NCBI GenBank assembly: GCA_032128875.1
Contig: JAVLKG010000005.1
Location: 224,001 to 288,000, forward strand
Length of the DNA: 64,000 bases
From: Candidatus Melainabacteria bacterium 17Bon1m
GTDB lineage: Bacteria > Cyanobacteriota > Vampirovibrionia > Obscuribacterales > Obscuribacteraceae
Direction of reading: 5' to 3'
Positions 18,557 through 28,717 of this stretch are shown here, in pieces. Numbering within the stretch: position 1 is the first letter of the stretch; each line of letters starts with the position of its first letter. The notes beneath the pieces were generated by a model that worked only from the letters and a program-made list of their open reading frames with translations, was not told the origin of the DNA and did no database searches. The translations under genes and the position numbers were made by a program.

Positions 18557-19676
18557 CAGCGAGTTCTTGCAGCCTGCGCACGATGGCACGTGCCGAGTTC
18601 GCATGTCCCATGGCTGCAGCCGCTTCGCTCATTTCCTTGAGAAGAGGAGGAGAACTGATTACCTTGTCGAGCTTGTACGTCAGTGTTCTGATATTCCCCG
18701 ATGCGGCTGCGCCGTGTTCGAGCAAGTGATTCGCGTTGCGCTCTTCTTGTCCCGGAATAGGATTGACGATGAGCATGGGTAGCGAGGATGCGAGACACTC
18801 GGATGAAGTTAAGCCTCCTGATTTCCCAATCATCAAATCAGCCGCTGCCATATAAACCTGCATGGAATCCGTGTGTCCGACCGCATGAAAGTCGCGAAAG
18901 TATGAAGGCGAGATCGATTGCATTCGAAGCAATTGCGCGCGCAGCTTCTCGTTCTTGCCGCAAAGGACGACTGTTTGAAAGCGAGTTCTGCACAACATTG
19001 CAGATTCGACAGTTTCAATCACAGGTCCTACTCCGAACCCTCCGGCGGAAATTAAAACCACCGGCAGGTCTTCACGCAGCCCAAGTTGTTTTCTCGCCTC
19101 TGATTTTGACGGTGCGCCAGCGAATTTTACCGATATTGGAATGCCGGTAACACTGATGTCCTCTCGGTCTACCCCGAGATGTTGAAGTTGGCGCGAGGTC
19201 TCTTCGAACGCTGTGAAATAGTGGTGAACCGGTTCCGATAGCCAAAATGCGTGAGCGTCGAAGTCGGTGATGACGGTTGCCAGGTATGCATCGAGGCGGC
19301 GCCGGCGGGTTGCGAAAGCTGCAAGTTCGGATGCGAGGAAGTGCGTGCTGACCACGACGTCAGGACGTTCGTTTGTTAGATAACGCAGCATAGGGAGGGC
19401 GTTTGCAACATCGAAGGTCATGCGCCTTGCGTCGAATTTCTTTGCGTGATCGGTCGCGTCGTACAAAGCTCCAAGCAAATGCGGAGCCCGGTTGACGAGT
19501 GTGATGTACTGTTTTGAATACATCGATCGCATGAATGGGCTGACTTTCTTGAGTACATCTAAGTTAATGACCTCCTGCGCGATTCCACTTTCGCGCAGCG
19601 CGCCTTCAAGAGCGTTGGCAGCGGTGACATGTCCTGCGCCAGCTGAAGCCGATAAAACCATCACTTTTCTGAACAT
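18525..19676 (-). CDS. MGDG synthase/UgtP-family glycosyltransferase (GT28-like)
   Basis: SAGAGH, STHF, VTGIPI, KSGGLTSSE, PGQEERNA. Confidence 0.9.
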   Translation of the reverse strand: MFRKVMVLSASAGAGHVTAANALEGALRESGIAQEVINLDVLKKVSPFMRSMYSKQYITLVNRAPHLLGALYDATDHAKKFDARRMTFDVANALPMLRYLTNERPDVVVSTHFLASELAAFATRRRRLDAYLATVITDFDAHAFWLSEPVHHYFTAFEETSRQLQHLGVDREDISVTGIPISVKFAGAPSKSEARKQLGLREDLPVVLISAGGFGVGPVIETVESAMLCRTRFQTVVLCGKNEKLRAQLLRMQSISPSYFRDFHAVGHTDSMQVYMAAADLMIGKSGGLTSSECLASSLPMLIVNPIPGQEERNANHLLEHGAAASGNIRTLTYKLDKVISSPPLLKEMSEAAAAMGHANSARAIVRRLQELAANERPQSLSR

Positions 19677-19915
19677 TTTTTGATTTGCTACCTCTTTGTA
19701 TTTGCATATTCCTGTCGAGCAGTGAATCTGTGTTTATTCAAGCTCAAAGGACTACGAGAGTTTTCTCCTGCCAAACAGAATCTCAACTGTTCGTTGGTCG
19801 CTCGTCCACTATCCATCTTTGCGATCAGCGCCCGATTGGTTTTGCTTACAGGGATCGCGGGGAAGAGTCTTAATGTCGGGCGGAAGGACGTCTGCCATTT
19901 CCTGAGGTGTGTTCA

Positions 19916-21274
19916 ATGCCGTTAGTATTCATTCATGGCGTGAACGTCCGAGAGGGCGAAGAGTACGAGCAGGACATGGCGCTGCGCAATCGACTCTTTG
20001 CAGATGTGTTTTTCAAAATTCTGGGGCGCAATGTTCCGGACGCAGCGATTTTTAGCCCTTATTGGGGCGAATTGGCGCCAACTGGTTCTACCGACAATCC
20101 ATATTTGCCGAAGCTCGATCTGAAGAGCCTGCAGGAGCGTCGCAAACGTGTTCGTGCACTAATTCCTGAAGCCACTAAGAAGGTCCTTGGGCTATCGTCG
20201 AACCCTCTTCTTGCGCTCGCCAAATCCGGTTCTATGGAGGAGATGTTCGACCTGATGGTCACGGTCGCGCACGATGACATGAAAAACGCTGAGGACGGCG
20301 GCAAACGAATGAAGTCGTTGAGTCATTTTGCATATGAATCGACAAAGTGGAGACAAAAGTTTGCTGGTCGAAAACAACAACTCGATTGGCTTAACGAGAT
20401 TGGCAGCGATGAAGAATTATTAGACAGATTGCAAAATGAAATCAAACTTTCACCTGCGGAATTCAATTTGCGTACGTCTGTGAATATGCATGAGTGGATA
20501 AAAAACCGCCTGGCTCTGTCGAAAGAACGCATCAAAGACCGTCTGGAGATTTCCAGAGAGCGCTTGAAAGACGGTGTTGATGCCTCTCGCGAGCGCATAC
20601 GCGCGCGCTTAGAACTCTCTCGCACTCGCATTAACAAGGCGCGAAAAGTCGCTCGTGGTGGCGCGAAGGCTGCTATCGCATCAACGCGAAAACTAACAAC
20701 TAACGTTGCTGCTCTTGCTATCAGTAATCCAGCTAGACGCATATTTCACGCGCAGATGTCAGCGTTTATCGGCGACTCGTTCTTTTATTTTGGCAGTCGT
20801 GGAGAGCGTTTTGACCCTGGCTCTGTGCCATCGATTTGTATTCAGGCAATTGAAACTGCGGCGAGTATGCGAACAGAAGAGGATCCGGATCTGATTGTTG
20901 TTGCGCATAGCATGGGCAGCAACATTATCTGCGATATCCTTTCCTACTTTGCACCTTCTTTGGAGATCGATCTTGTTCTCACTGTTGGTGCCCAGTTTCC
21001 ACTGTTTGCAGATCTGGATATGTTCCCTGGTTTTTCTGCAGACGAGCGACCTATCCCTAAGCCTGATGCGGCATTAAACTGGATCAATTTTTATGACCCG
21101 AATGACTTCTTAGGCTACGCAGCGTCCGGCGTTTTCGACGGTATTATTGACGTTCCGTTTAGTAGTGGTCGCTTTGGCGTGACCACTCATGCAGACTATT
21201 TCAAGTTCGTTTCTTTCTTTGAACTCATGGGACGCACTGTTTGTGACGTTTTGGAAATCGAGCCGAGTTGTTAA
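19916..21274 (+). CDS. Alpha/beta-hydrolase-like protein with helical insertion
   Basis: VFIHGV, AHSMG nucleophile elbow, DPND and terminal HADY; ATG follows GAGGTG. Confidence 0.7.
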   Translation: MPLVFIHGVNVREGEEYEQDMALRNRLFADVFFKILGRNVPDAAIFSPYWGELAPTGSTDNPYLPKLDLKSLQERRKRVRALIPEATKKVLGLSSNPLLALAKSGSMEEMFDLMVTVAHDDMKNAEDGGKRMKSLSHFAYESTKWRQKFAGRKQQLDWLNEIGSDEELLDRLQNEIKLSPAEFNLRTSVNMHEWIKNRLALSKERIKDRLEISRERLKDGVDASRERIRARLELSRTRINKARKVARGGAKAAIASTRKLTTNVAALAISNPARRIFHAQMSAFIGDSFFYFGSRGERFDPGSVPSICIQAIETAASMRTEEDPDLIVVAHSMGSNIICDILSYFAPSLEIDLVLTVGAQFPLFADLDMFPGFSADERPIPKPDAALNWINFYDPNDFLGYAASGVFDGIIDVPFSSGRFGVTTHADYFKFVSFFELMGRTVCDVLEIEPSC

Positions 21275-21368
21275 ACCCTTTCTGGACGGCAAGCGGAGCA
21301 GCAATCAAACACTGGTTAGGCGCAAGTTCTTCGAAATCGTATATGATGCCTCTTTCCGGAGGTGGGAC

Positions 21369-22070
21369 ATGTCAGGAAAGTTATTAGCGAGCGTTATAGC
21401 CTTAACTGCAGTCAGCATTAGTTTGCCGGCAATTGCGCAGACTGAATCGCCAAAACCATTTCCAAAACCAAAGCCAGGCATCTTTGTCCAGACACTTCAA
21501 AAGAGTTCAACGCAGAAGGACGGCGCTGCCATGCAAAAACAAGATAGTCCCGCTCCCAATCCATCTGCTGTGACGTATCCAGGCATGAAGCGATACGTAG
21601 ACCTGAATGGTTTTTTCTCTATTCTAATGCGCGGTACACCCGACAAGGACGCGCAATTCGAGCTTGTCGACAATGCCAAATACTCGACAGTTTCTGAGAG
21701 CGACAATCAGGGAAAATGGTCGGTAAGTTACGCTGACGTGCTGGGGATGGGTAAAGCGCCTCATGATTCTAAGAAGCAATCCGCTGTAATACAGCAACAG
21801 ACTCAAGCGTACATTGAAAAAATTCACGGCAAGATGAATTCACTAAAAGCGCATGCAAAGTTCGGTTATCAGTTTCGCGATATTTCCGGCAGAATCGATG
21901 GTAGCTCTGAAAATAGATTTCGTCTTAATGCCTATCTATCCGGCAATCGTATGTTCATTGTCGCTGTCGAAGGGAAAGAAGATTGGGTGAAGTCTGCACA
22001 AGTAGAAGCTTTTCTCAATTCATTTGAAGTTCCTGGAGCGACTGCAGTACCCAAACTTAACGTTCAGTGA
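21369..22070 (+). CDS. Secreted hypothetical protein (PsbP-like C-terminus possible)
   Basis: Signal peptide ending AIA-Q; ends FLNSFEV; GGAGGTG RBS. Confidence 0.65.
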   Translation: MSGKLLASVIALTAVSISLPAIAQTESPKPFPKPKPGIFVQTLQKSSTQKDGAAMQKQDSPAPNPSAVTYPGMKRYVDLNGFFSILMRGTPDKDAQFELVDNAKYSTVSESDNQGKWSVSYADVLGMGKAPHDSKKQSAVIQQQTQAYIEKIHGKMNSLKAHAKFGYQFRDISGRIDGSSENRFRLNAYLSGNRMFIVAVEGKEDWVKSAQVEAFLNSFEVPGATAVPKLNVQ

Positions 22071-22089
22071 GCGGTGAAGTGTTTGTTCA

Positions 22090-22854
22090 ATGAGCATTTC
22101 GGTGTCCTTAAATTCATCGTTTGATGTCGTGAAAGTTATTGCTTGCACCGCAGCAGGATTGCTTCTTTGCACGAACAGTGCATTTGCGTTTGACGAGCAG
22201 AAATATCAAAGCTTACTTGAATCAGCTCGGCAGCACTCTCAAGCGATGGAGGTTGAAGCTGCCATCAATGACCTTACGGCGGCAATCAAGGTGAATCCCA
22301 GCGAACCGCGCACATACCAATTGCGCGCAGAAGGCTTGAGGGACCTGAATCTTTTGCCAGAAGCGCTCAAGGACATAGCGCACGCTATTGAATTATCTCC
22401 AAAGGATGCTGGACTGTGGCGGGACAAAGGTTGGCTTCACTACAAACTTGGACAGCACAAACTTGCTGTGGAAGACTACTCTAAAGCGCTCGCGCTGAAT
22501 CCAAAAGATGGTAATGCGTATCGGTCGCGCGCGCGCAGCCACGCGTGTCTGAAAGATTGGAAAAGCGCCGCGGCTGATTACGAAAAATGTTTGCAGTTCA
22601 AATCAAAAGCAATTCTGCGCACTGAAGTTGAAAACAGATGGTCGCTTGGCGATATTTACTTGAAAGATAAGAGATTCAACGAAGCGCTTGCACAGTTCAA
22701 TTACCTGATCGAGCATTATCCTCAAATAAGCAAAGGCTATTACGGGCGCGCTGACCTTTACAAACAGCAAGGCAAAGCCGATCTTGCAAAGAGAGACCTG
22801 CAAAAGGCGCACGAGCTTGACTATGAGATGGATCCGGCTTTGAGAAAAATGTGA
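22090..22854 (+). CDS. Secreted TPR protein
   Basis: Signal peptide (SAFA) plus multiple TPRs. Confidence 0.85.
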   Translation: MSISVSLNSSFDVVKVIACTAAGLLLCTNSAFAFDEQKYQSLLESARQHSQAMEVEAAINDLTAAIKVNPSEPRTYQLRAEGLRDLNLLPEALKDIAHAIELSPKDAGLWRDKGWLHYKLGQHKLAVEDYSKALALNPKDGNAYRSRARSHACLKDWKSAAADYEKCLQFKSKAILRTEVENRWSLGDIYLKDKRFNEALAQFNYLIEHYPQISKGYYGRADLYKQQGKADLAKRDLQKAHELDYEMDPALRKM

Positions 22855-22908
22855 CCCGCATTGTATGATTCTTGCTTGATGCAGGAAGCCGGAGGTCGGG
22901 AGTACTAA

Positions 22909-23307
22909 ATGCCACGAGGAGCAAAGCTGACAGGTTGTGTACCCATGCTGTGGGTGCCGGACCTGACTGATGCTGTTGAGTTCTATGTGGAAACGCTCGG
23001 TTTCAAATGCGACGCGTTAGAGCCCGATGGACACTGGGCGCAAGTGACGCGCGATGGTTTTTCAATTATGTTCGCACTGCCGTATGAAGGCTGGGACTTC
23101 GAGGAGCCGGAGTTTACCGGATCTATCTACTTCCGCACAGACAAAGTTGACACCCTGTGGAAGAAAATCAGCAAAAACGAAGATATCAACGTTTGCTATC
23201 CCATTGATGACATGGAATATGGCATGCGCGAATTCGGAATTTATGACTTGAATGGATACCTGCTCCAATTCGGGCAGCCAATTTCTGGCGATGAAGACGA
23301 TGAGTAG
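22909..23307 (+). CDS. VOC/glyoxalase-family protein
   Basis: AVEFYVETLGF and YGMREFGIYDLNGYLLQF. Confidence 0.9.
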   Translation: MPRGAKLTGCVPMLWVPDLTDAVEFYVETLGFKCDALEPDGHWAQVTRDGFSIMFALPYEGWDFEEPEFTGSIYFRTDKVDTLWKKISKNEDINVCYPIDDMEYGMREFGIYDLNGYLLQFGQPISGDEDDE

Positions 23308-23455
23308 GTAAAACGCCGCCGCGTTTTATACGTCAGTGGTTGAGCGTCTGAGAGTATTTTTTGCTGGCTCCAAATGAAACCTTCAGATCACAGTTTGAAA
23401 CTTCAGTGAATCAGGCAGGTATTCCATAGGTCTTCACCTTATGGAGTAATTCGAC

Positions 23456-23659
23456 GTGGATCAGAAGGACAAACGCGACTTGATGGCTGCGATGATTGTT
23501 CAGAAAGTAGTCAATGACAAAATCGTCTGGCTCGGCGAAGCCAAGGTGAAAAACGAGACGAGCAAGGTTGATGAAATCTATACGCGTGACGGTTTTCAAA
23601 CCATCGTCGAAGGCGCCTATGTGCTTGTCGACAAGATGCTGGCGAAAGACGGTAAGTAA
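23456..23659 (+). CDS. Small hypothetical protein
   Basis: GGAG RBS, protein-like composition. Confidence 0.5.
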   Translation: MDQKDKRDLMAAMIVQKVVNDKIVWLGEAKVKNETSKVDEIYTRDGFQTIVEGAYVLVDKMLAKDGK

Positions 23660-23894
23660 AAGCGTTTCGCCCTTTCTAAACTAGCACCTGGCTCTGCATA
23701 TTACAGCGGGCGCCAGGCGTTTATATCCTTCTTGCAACTAGCTTGCAACCGCCTCGCTTTCCAGGGAATGCGAGGCATACCGCGTTACGCGGTCAACATT
23801 ACTTTGCACAAATGATCATAAAAGTGGAAGGTTCTCGTGAAGCTGCAAATCCGCTGGTAGATTGAGCGCAGGCGAGATTCAATAGGAGAATCAA

Positions 23895-24332
23895 ATGAAA
23901 CGCAAAGCATCTGCTGAATGGCAAAAAGGTCTTAAGGACGGAAAAGGCACCATCACGACCGAATCAGGCGTTTTGGAAAAAACTCAATACAGCTTCAGCA
24001 CAAGATTTGAAGAAGGCAAAGGAACCAACCCGGAAGAGTTGATTGCTGCTGCTCACTCTGGCTGCTTCTCGATGGCATTGTCTGCTCAGCTCGGCGAACT
24101 TGGTTTGACCGCTGACAAGATCAACACCACCGCAACAGTTAAGCTCGAAAAGCTGGAAACCGGCTTCACCGTGACCGAAATTCACCTCGAAGTTGTTGCT
24201 GCTATTCCGAACGCAACTGAAGAACAATTCAAGACCGCAACCGAAAATGCTAAGACCGGCTGCCCGATCTCGAAGCTCTTCAATGCGAAGATCACAATGG
24301 ATGCCAAATTGGAAACCGCTGTCAAAGCGTAG
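23895..24332 (+). CDS. osmC: OsmC peroxiredoxin
   Basis: GTNPEELIAAAHSGCFSMALS and CPISK; AGGAG RBS. Confidence 0.95.
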   Translation: MKRKASAEWQKGLKDGKGTITTESGVLEKTQYSFSTRFEEGKGTNPEELIAAAHSGCFSMALSAQLGELGLTADKINTTATVKLEKLETGFTVTEIHLEVVAAIPNATEEQFKTATENAKTGCPISKLFNAKITMDAKLETAVKA

Positions 24333-24363
24333 TTTTCAGTTCTAAACATTCAGTAGAAAACTT

Positions 24364-24394
24364 AAACGAGCTCGGAATTCTCCGGGCTCGTTTT
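24364..24394 (+). terminator. osmC terminator
   Basis: AAACGAGCTCGGA/TCCGGGCTCGTTT stem with T tail. Confidence 0.7.
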
Positions 24395-24438
24395 GTCTAG
24401 CTGTATAGTGGAGATATTGTCTATTTGGATGACTCTTC

Positions 24439-25068
24439 GTGAAACCAGAAGACGACAAACGCAAAAAGCTGCCGGTCAAAGAAACTCTGAAGCGCCGCTG
24501 GGAAGAATTCAATGCGCGATTTTTTGAACATTCCTCTAAGGTCATACGGACGTTCGATAGTCTATCGGAAGTTGAGCGGCAGAGGTATGTCGAGCGTTTT
24601 TCAATCACAACCTGTGTAGGGTTTGCCTGCATCCTTTCCAGCTTCTTTTATTGGTTCTTACCGCCCGTCGTTAGAGTTTTGGTTGTGCCTGTATTCATCG
24701 GGTCTGCTTGGTGGGCGGGTGCTCGGATTGGTCCGAAACTCATAACTCCGGAAGGAAGAGAGCGGCTTATTCAGAGTTTCAATATTGTTGAGACTCAACA
24801 ATTATTCGAAGCAATTATGTTTACCAGTTATTCTTCGGTATTCGCAGCACTTCCGCTCGTTTTTGCGCCGCACCAATTTGTTGTGCTGATGCATGATGCT
24901 TCTATTCGAACTCTCTTCCTCTCTCTGTTTACCTGGATTTTGATTGGTGCTCCGCTGTTTGTGTTGTCGAAGACGATTCAAACTCGATGTTTGATTGTTT
25001 TGATATTCTCTGTTCCTGCGGCTGTCCTCGTTTGGAGCTTGGTATTGAATCTTCTGTACTTTAGCTGA
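24439..25068 (+). CDS. Hypothetical membrane protein
   Basis: About 5 TM segments, long ORF. Confidence 0.6.
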   Translation: MKPEDDKRKKLPVKETLKRRWEEFNARFFEHSSKVIRTFDSLSEVERQRYVERFSITTCVGFACILSSFFYWFLPPVVRVLVVPVFIGSAWWAGARIGPKLITPEGRERLIQSFNIVETQQLFEAIMFTSYSSVFAALPLVFAPHQFVVLMHDASIRTLFLSLFTWILIGAPLFVLSKTIQTRCLIVLIFSVPAAVLVWSLVLNLLYFS

Positions 25069-25214
25069 TGGGTATATTGTGGGATATTGTTTCTTCTCGG
25101 ATTTACCTTGAGAAGGAACGTCAAGAAGAAACAGCAAATGTTGGTTGATGCCACGCCGCCTGCGAATTCAACTGTGTTTTTTGCCACAGAGAATGCGGGA
25201 AGCTAAAGGTAACG

Positions 25215-25616
25215 ATGAAAACCGATAAGAGTAAAACAGACACAGATGGGAAGCTCAAAAACGGGCACCACAAGGAGCACTTCAAAGATGGCTCTGTGAT
25301 GTGCGAGGGCGAGTTTCGTAACGGCGAGAAAGTCGGTGAATGGAAATATTATCTCGTCAACGGCAACTTGAAAGCGATTGGTCGTTTCGAAAACGGCAAG
25401 ATGTTTGGCGAATGGAAGTGGTATCGTGAAAACGGCGAACTAATGCAAACCGGTTCATTCGATAAAGACGAACAAAAGAGTGGTGTGTGGGTTCGCTATC
25501 AAGAAAACGGTAAGAAGTACGATGAAGGTGAGTTTCGTGCTGGGAAGAAAATTGGGGAATGGCATCTCTACGATAAGAATGGAAAACTAGCGAAGACCAG
25601 TAAGCACAAGGGTTAA
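25215..25616 (+). CDS. MORN-variant repeat protein (YwqK-like)
   Basis: Repeated GEWKYY..NG motifs. Confidence 0.85.
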   Translation: MKTDKSKTDTDGKLKNGHHKEHFKDGSVMCEGEFRNGEKVGEWKYYLVNGNLKAIGRFENGKMFGEWKWYRENGELMQTGSFDKDEQKSGVWVRYQENGKKYDEGEFRAGKKIGEWHLYDKNGKLAKTSKHKG

Positions 25617-25619
25617 GAG

Positions 25620-26105
25620 ATGCCGCCCGAGAAACAAAAAGTTGACAATGTTCCAAAGATTGTAGAAGTTAGTGCCGAGCTTTTGGAAGAAAATGCTCAA
25701 CTTCCTGCTGCTACTGAGGCGCAAGCGGATGCTGATTCCAACTTTGTTTCAGCAGTTTCTTCAGAGCATGCAAACGGGCCTCTGCCGCCAACTATCGCAT
25801 TGAAGACCACTTTGATGAAGGCACTGCCGTTTGTGCTGATCTCTCTAATTCTGTTTGGACTGCCTTTCATAATGTCTGATTTCAATGTTCTGTGGCTCAA
25901 GTATTCGCAGGTTCGGACGTACATGATGTGTGCGCTCATTTGGAATTTGATTGGTGCTTGCCTTTACGCTCAAGTAGATAAGCGCAATCAAAAAATTCTG
26001 ATTTTCCTTATTTTCGCGCTTCCTCTAATCACGTCACATCACTGGGCCAGCTTAATGTACATTATCGAAATGAGCCTTCGCTCAATTCTCAATGCTCCTT
26101 TGTAA
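25620..26105 (+). CDS. Hypothetical membrane protein
   Basis: Acidic N-terminus plus 3 TMs; starts 4 nt after the upstream gene. Confidence 0.55.
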   Translation: MPPEKQKVDNVPKIVEVSAELLEENAQLPAATEAQADADSNFVSAVSSEHANGPLPPTIALKTTLMKALPFVLISLILFGLPFIMSDFNVLWLKYSQVRTYMMCALIWNLIGACLYAQVDKRNQKILIFLIFALPLITSHHWASLMYIIEMSLRSILNAPL

Positions 26106-26219
26106 GTCGTAGCCGATAGAGTACAGTTTTAGGCGCCAGTGCACTGCCTCTACTTGTTTAAGTGGCGCCGCCCAAGGGCATGTGAATAACGCGGTCTATT
26201 ACTAAATCCCCAACCTTTC

Positions 26220-27809
26220 ATGCATAGCCAAGGTCCACTCAGCAGCGGCAATAATGGGCAGCCGCGCCTTCCAAGAATTCCTCCAGATCGTTACACGATA
26301 CTGGGTGAACTTGGCAGCGGTGGTATGGGAACCGTGCTGAAGGCGACCCATGTGCACTTGAACAAGCCGGTTGCGATCAAAGTGTTGAACATGGAACTGG
26401 TCAAGGATCGCACGAGTTTGTCGCGTTTTGAGTCGGAAGCCAAAGCTGGCGGGCAGTTGGCGCATCCGAATCTTGTTGCTGTTTTCGACTTCGGGTATAC
26501 GCTCGATGGCGAGCCTTATTTCGTGATGGAGTACGTAGAGGGATTCAGTCTTGCGGAGCTGGTTAAGCGATGCGGTAAGTGCCCCAGCGCTGACTTCATC
26601 TTTGTGTTTATTCAAGCACTGAAGGCGCTCAACTATATTCACAGGAAAAACGTCATTCACCGCGACATAAAGAGCAGCAATATCATGTTGCAGTTCATCG
26701 AAGGCGACCGTTATGTGAAGCTGATTGACTTCGGTATTGCAAAGGTTCTCGCAGATACTGGTGTGACGATGCAGCAACTCACATCTACCGGAGAAGCGGT
26801 CGGAAGCCCGCTGTACATGAGCCCCGAGCAGTGTAAGGGCAGTCATGTTGACGTGCGAGCTGATATTTATTCGCTCGGATGCGTTATGCATGAATGTTTT
26901 GCAGGATATCCTCCGTTTCGTGGCGGCAACGCCATGCAAACTATTCACATGCACATCAATGATCCGCCCTCTCCTCTTGCCGGTCTGTGTAAGTCCGAGC
27001 AAGAGCTTCTGATTGCCAGCATGATTCACAAGTGCATACTCAAGCGTCCGGAAGACCGCTACCAGACGGCTGCAGAGCTGGGCATGCACTTAGAAGAGAT
27101 CGCAAATGTTGGTTCTCATGTACAGGCAATCCAGCGTCCAACAAACAGTGTTGATGCGGCGAACCGTTGGAAGAAGGGAAATAAAACGACGGAGCAAGGT
27201 TCGCCCATGATGCAGGGGCAGACTGGTGCAAACATTCCCCAGCTCGCACGCCCAGAGTTTCAAGATGCTACGCGAACTTCGGCGATGCAAGACAAATTTA
27301 TCGGCGGGCAAACGCAGGCATCGGGACTGAGTCAAACTTTGCGACGTCCAACGAGCCCGCTAAACCAAACCGGCATAGGGCCGGCTGGCCTGACCAATGC
27401 CGCAGGTGTGCCGGCGCAAGAGCCGCCACAGATTGATGAGCGCCTTCCTGAGCGTTGGAATTTGCATAATGTGAGTGGACAGCAGTCGATGTCGAATGGC
27501 AATTTCTACGAGGCTGAGAGGCACTTCCTTCAGGCAGTGGAAATCGCAGAACAATTCGGTCGCAGCGACGAACGCCTTCCGAACTCGCTTAATAGGCTCG
27601 CCCTCTGCTACAAGTCACAAGGTCGGTACGATGATGCGGAGAAAATCTACGTGCGAGCTGTCGAGATGCGAGAAGCCATTGTCGGTTCTCTGTCCAAAGA
27701 TCTGCTTCCACTACTAGAGCAGTACGCCGGGCTCTTGCGCATAGTAAAAAGAGATCAGGAAGCAGAAAAGATCGAAAAGCGAATTCATTTCATTATGAAA
27801 TCGAAATAG
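26220..27809 (+). CDS. Hanks-type Ser/Thr kinase with C-terminal TPRs
   Basis: LGSGGMG, AIK, HRDIKSSN, DFG, YMSPEQ; kinesin-light-chain-like TPRs. Confidence 0.95.
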   Translation: MHSQGPLSSGNNGQPRLPRIPPDRYTILGELGSGGMGTVLKATHVHLNKPVAIKVLNMELVKDRTSLSRFESEAKAGGQLAHPNLVAVFDFGYTLDGEPYFVMEYVEGFSLAELVKRCGKCPSADFIFVFIQALKALNYIHRKNVIHRDIKSSNIMLQFIEGDRYVKLIDFGIAKVLADTGVTMQQLTSTGEAVGSPLYMSPEQCKGSHVDVRADIYSLGCVMHECFAGYPPFRGGNAMQTIHMHINDPPSPLAGLCKSEQELLIASMIHKCILKRPEDRYQTAAELGMHLEEIANVGSHVQAIQRPTNSVDAANRWKKGNKTTEQGSPMMQGQTGANIPQLARPEFQDATRTSAMQDKFIGGQTQASGLSQTLRRPTSPLNQTGIGPAGLTNAAGVPAQEPPQIDERLPERWNLHNVSGQQSMSNGNFYEAERHFLQAVEIAEQFGRSDERLPNSLNRLALCYKSQGRYDDAEKIYVRAVEMREAIVGSLSKDLLPLLEQYAGLLRIVKRDQEAEKIEKRIHFIMKSK

Positions 27810-27972
27810 CTTTCGCACTTGGGTAGATGTATCACTGGAAAACGGCGATGCGTCGCGCTTTTGGTAATGTCACGCGTGACCTTTGCGTGCATTTGATTCA
27901 TGCTGAAAGTCCAATAAACAGTACGTCTTGATAGTTTTTTGCAACAAAAGTTACCTGAAAATCTGGGAACCG

Positions 27973-27999
27973 GGAACGTATCAGCCTCTTCGATGTCTA
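27973..27999 (+). promoter_or_regulatory. Candidate ECF sigma promoter
   Basis: GGAAC-N17-GTCTA ending 35 nt upstream of the 28035 ATG. Confidence 0.4.
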
Positions 28000-28034
28000 T
28001 TTCTGCAGACAGAATGACTTTGAGGAATTAAACG

Positions 28035-28331
28035 ATGAAACTTACTTCTCTATTTCTCGCCGCTGTCATGGTATCCGCAATGGCTGTTCAGACCGCTGAA
28101 GCGCGCGATCATCATGGTTGGCGAAACCACCATAGATGGAATAACAACTACAATAGAAAAATGTGGAAGCAACAGCGAGCCTGGAACAACAAGATGTATA
28201 AACAGGCTTGGAATAACCGAGGTGGGTACAGACCCGGTCGTCCTTGGGACAACGCATACGATAATGCGATGCGTGCCGAAGCTATTCAGCGACAGCAACA
28301 AGCGATGCAGTACGGCTGGTACTGGCGCTAA
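28035..28331 (+). CDS. Small secreted W/N/R/Y-rich protein
   Basis: GAGG RBS, signal peptide ending AEA, WNN..KMxKQ repeats. Confidence 0.75.
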   Translation: MKLTSLFLAAVMVSAMAVQTAEARDHHGWRNHHRWNNNYNRKMWKQQRAWNNKMYKQAWNNRGGYRPGRPWDNAYDNAMRAEAIQRQQQAMQYGWYWR

Positions 28332-28382
28332 AGGTCTAGTCTGAGTGCGTACTCTGTGAAAAGGAGTACCGACGCAGACTTC

Positions 28383-28431
28383 GCAAACCGCAGTTGATAG
28401 GGTTGAAAAACCATATCGGCTGCGGTTTTGC
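28383..28431 (+). terminator. Long GAAA-capped hairpin, probable terminator
   Basis: CCGCAGTTGATA..GGTT-GAAA-AACC..TATCGGCTGCGG-TTTT. Confidence 0.6.
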
Positions 28432-28717
28432 ATTGCGCATCTGCTTTAAAACCTCAATCCCATTGCTCAGCGAGCTACTCTGAAATTTTGCTTGGAATCT
28501 AAGCGCATTTTGATTGTGCCCAAATTTGTTACGGCAGCTGGAGCGTAAGCTGGGCGCCTTTTATAGTTGTCACCCTTGCTTGTCAACTGAAGGCTACAGG
28601 TTAAAAACGGCGGCAGTTGTCGTCAGGGCTCGTATAATAATCGATTCGGCGTCGAAGGCGTGATGATAAGCGCAGCCACTTCCAGATTTGACTGGAGGTG
28701 CCAGAGGAGAAAATATT

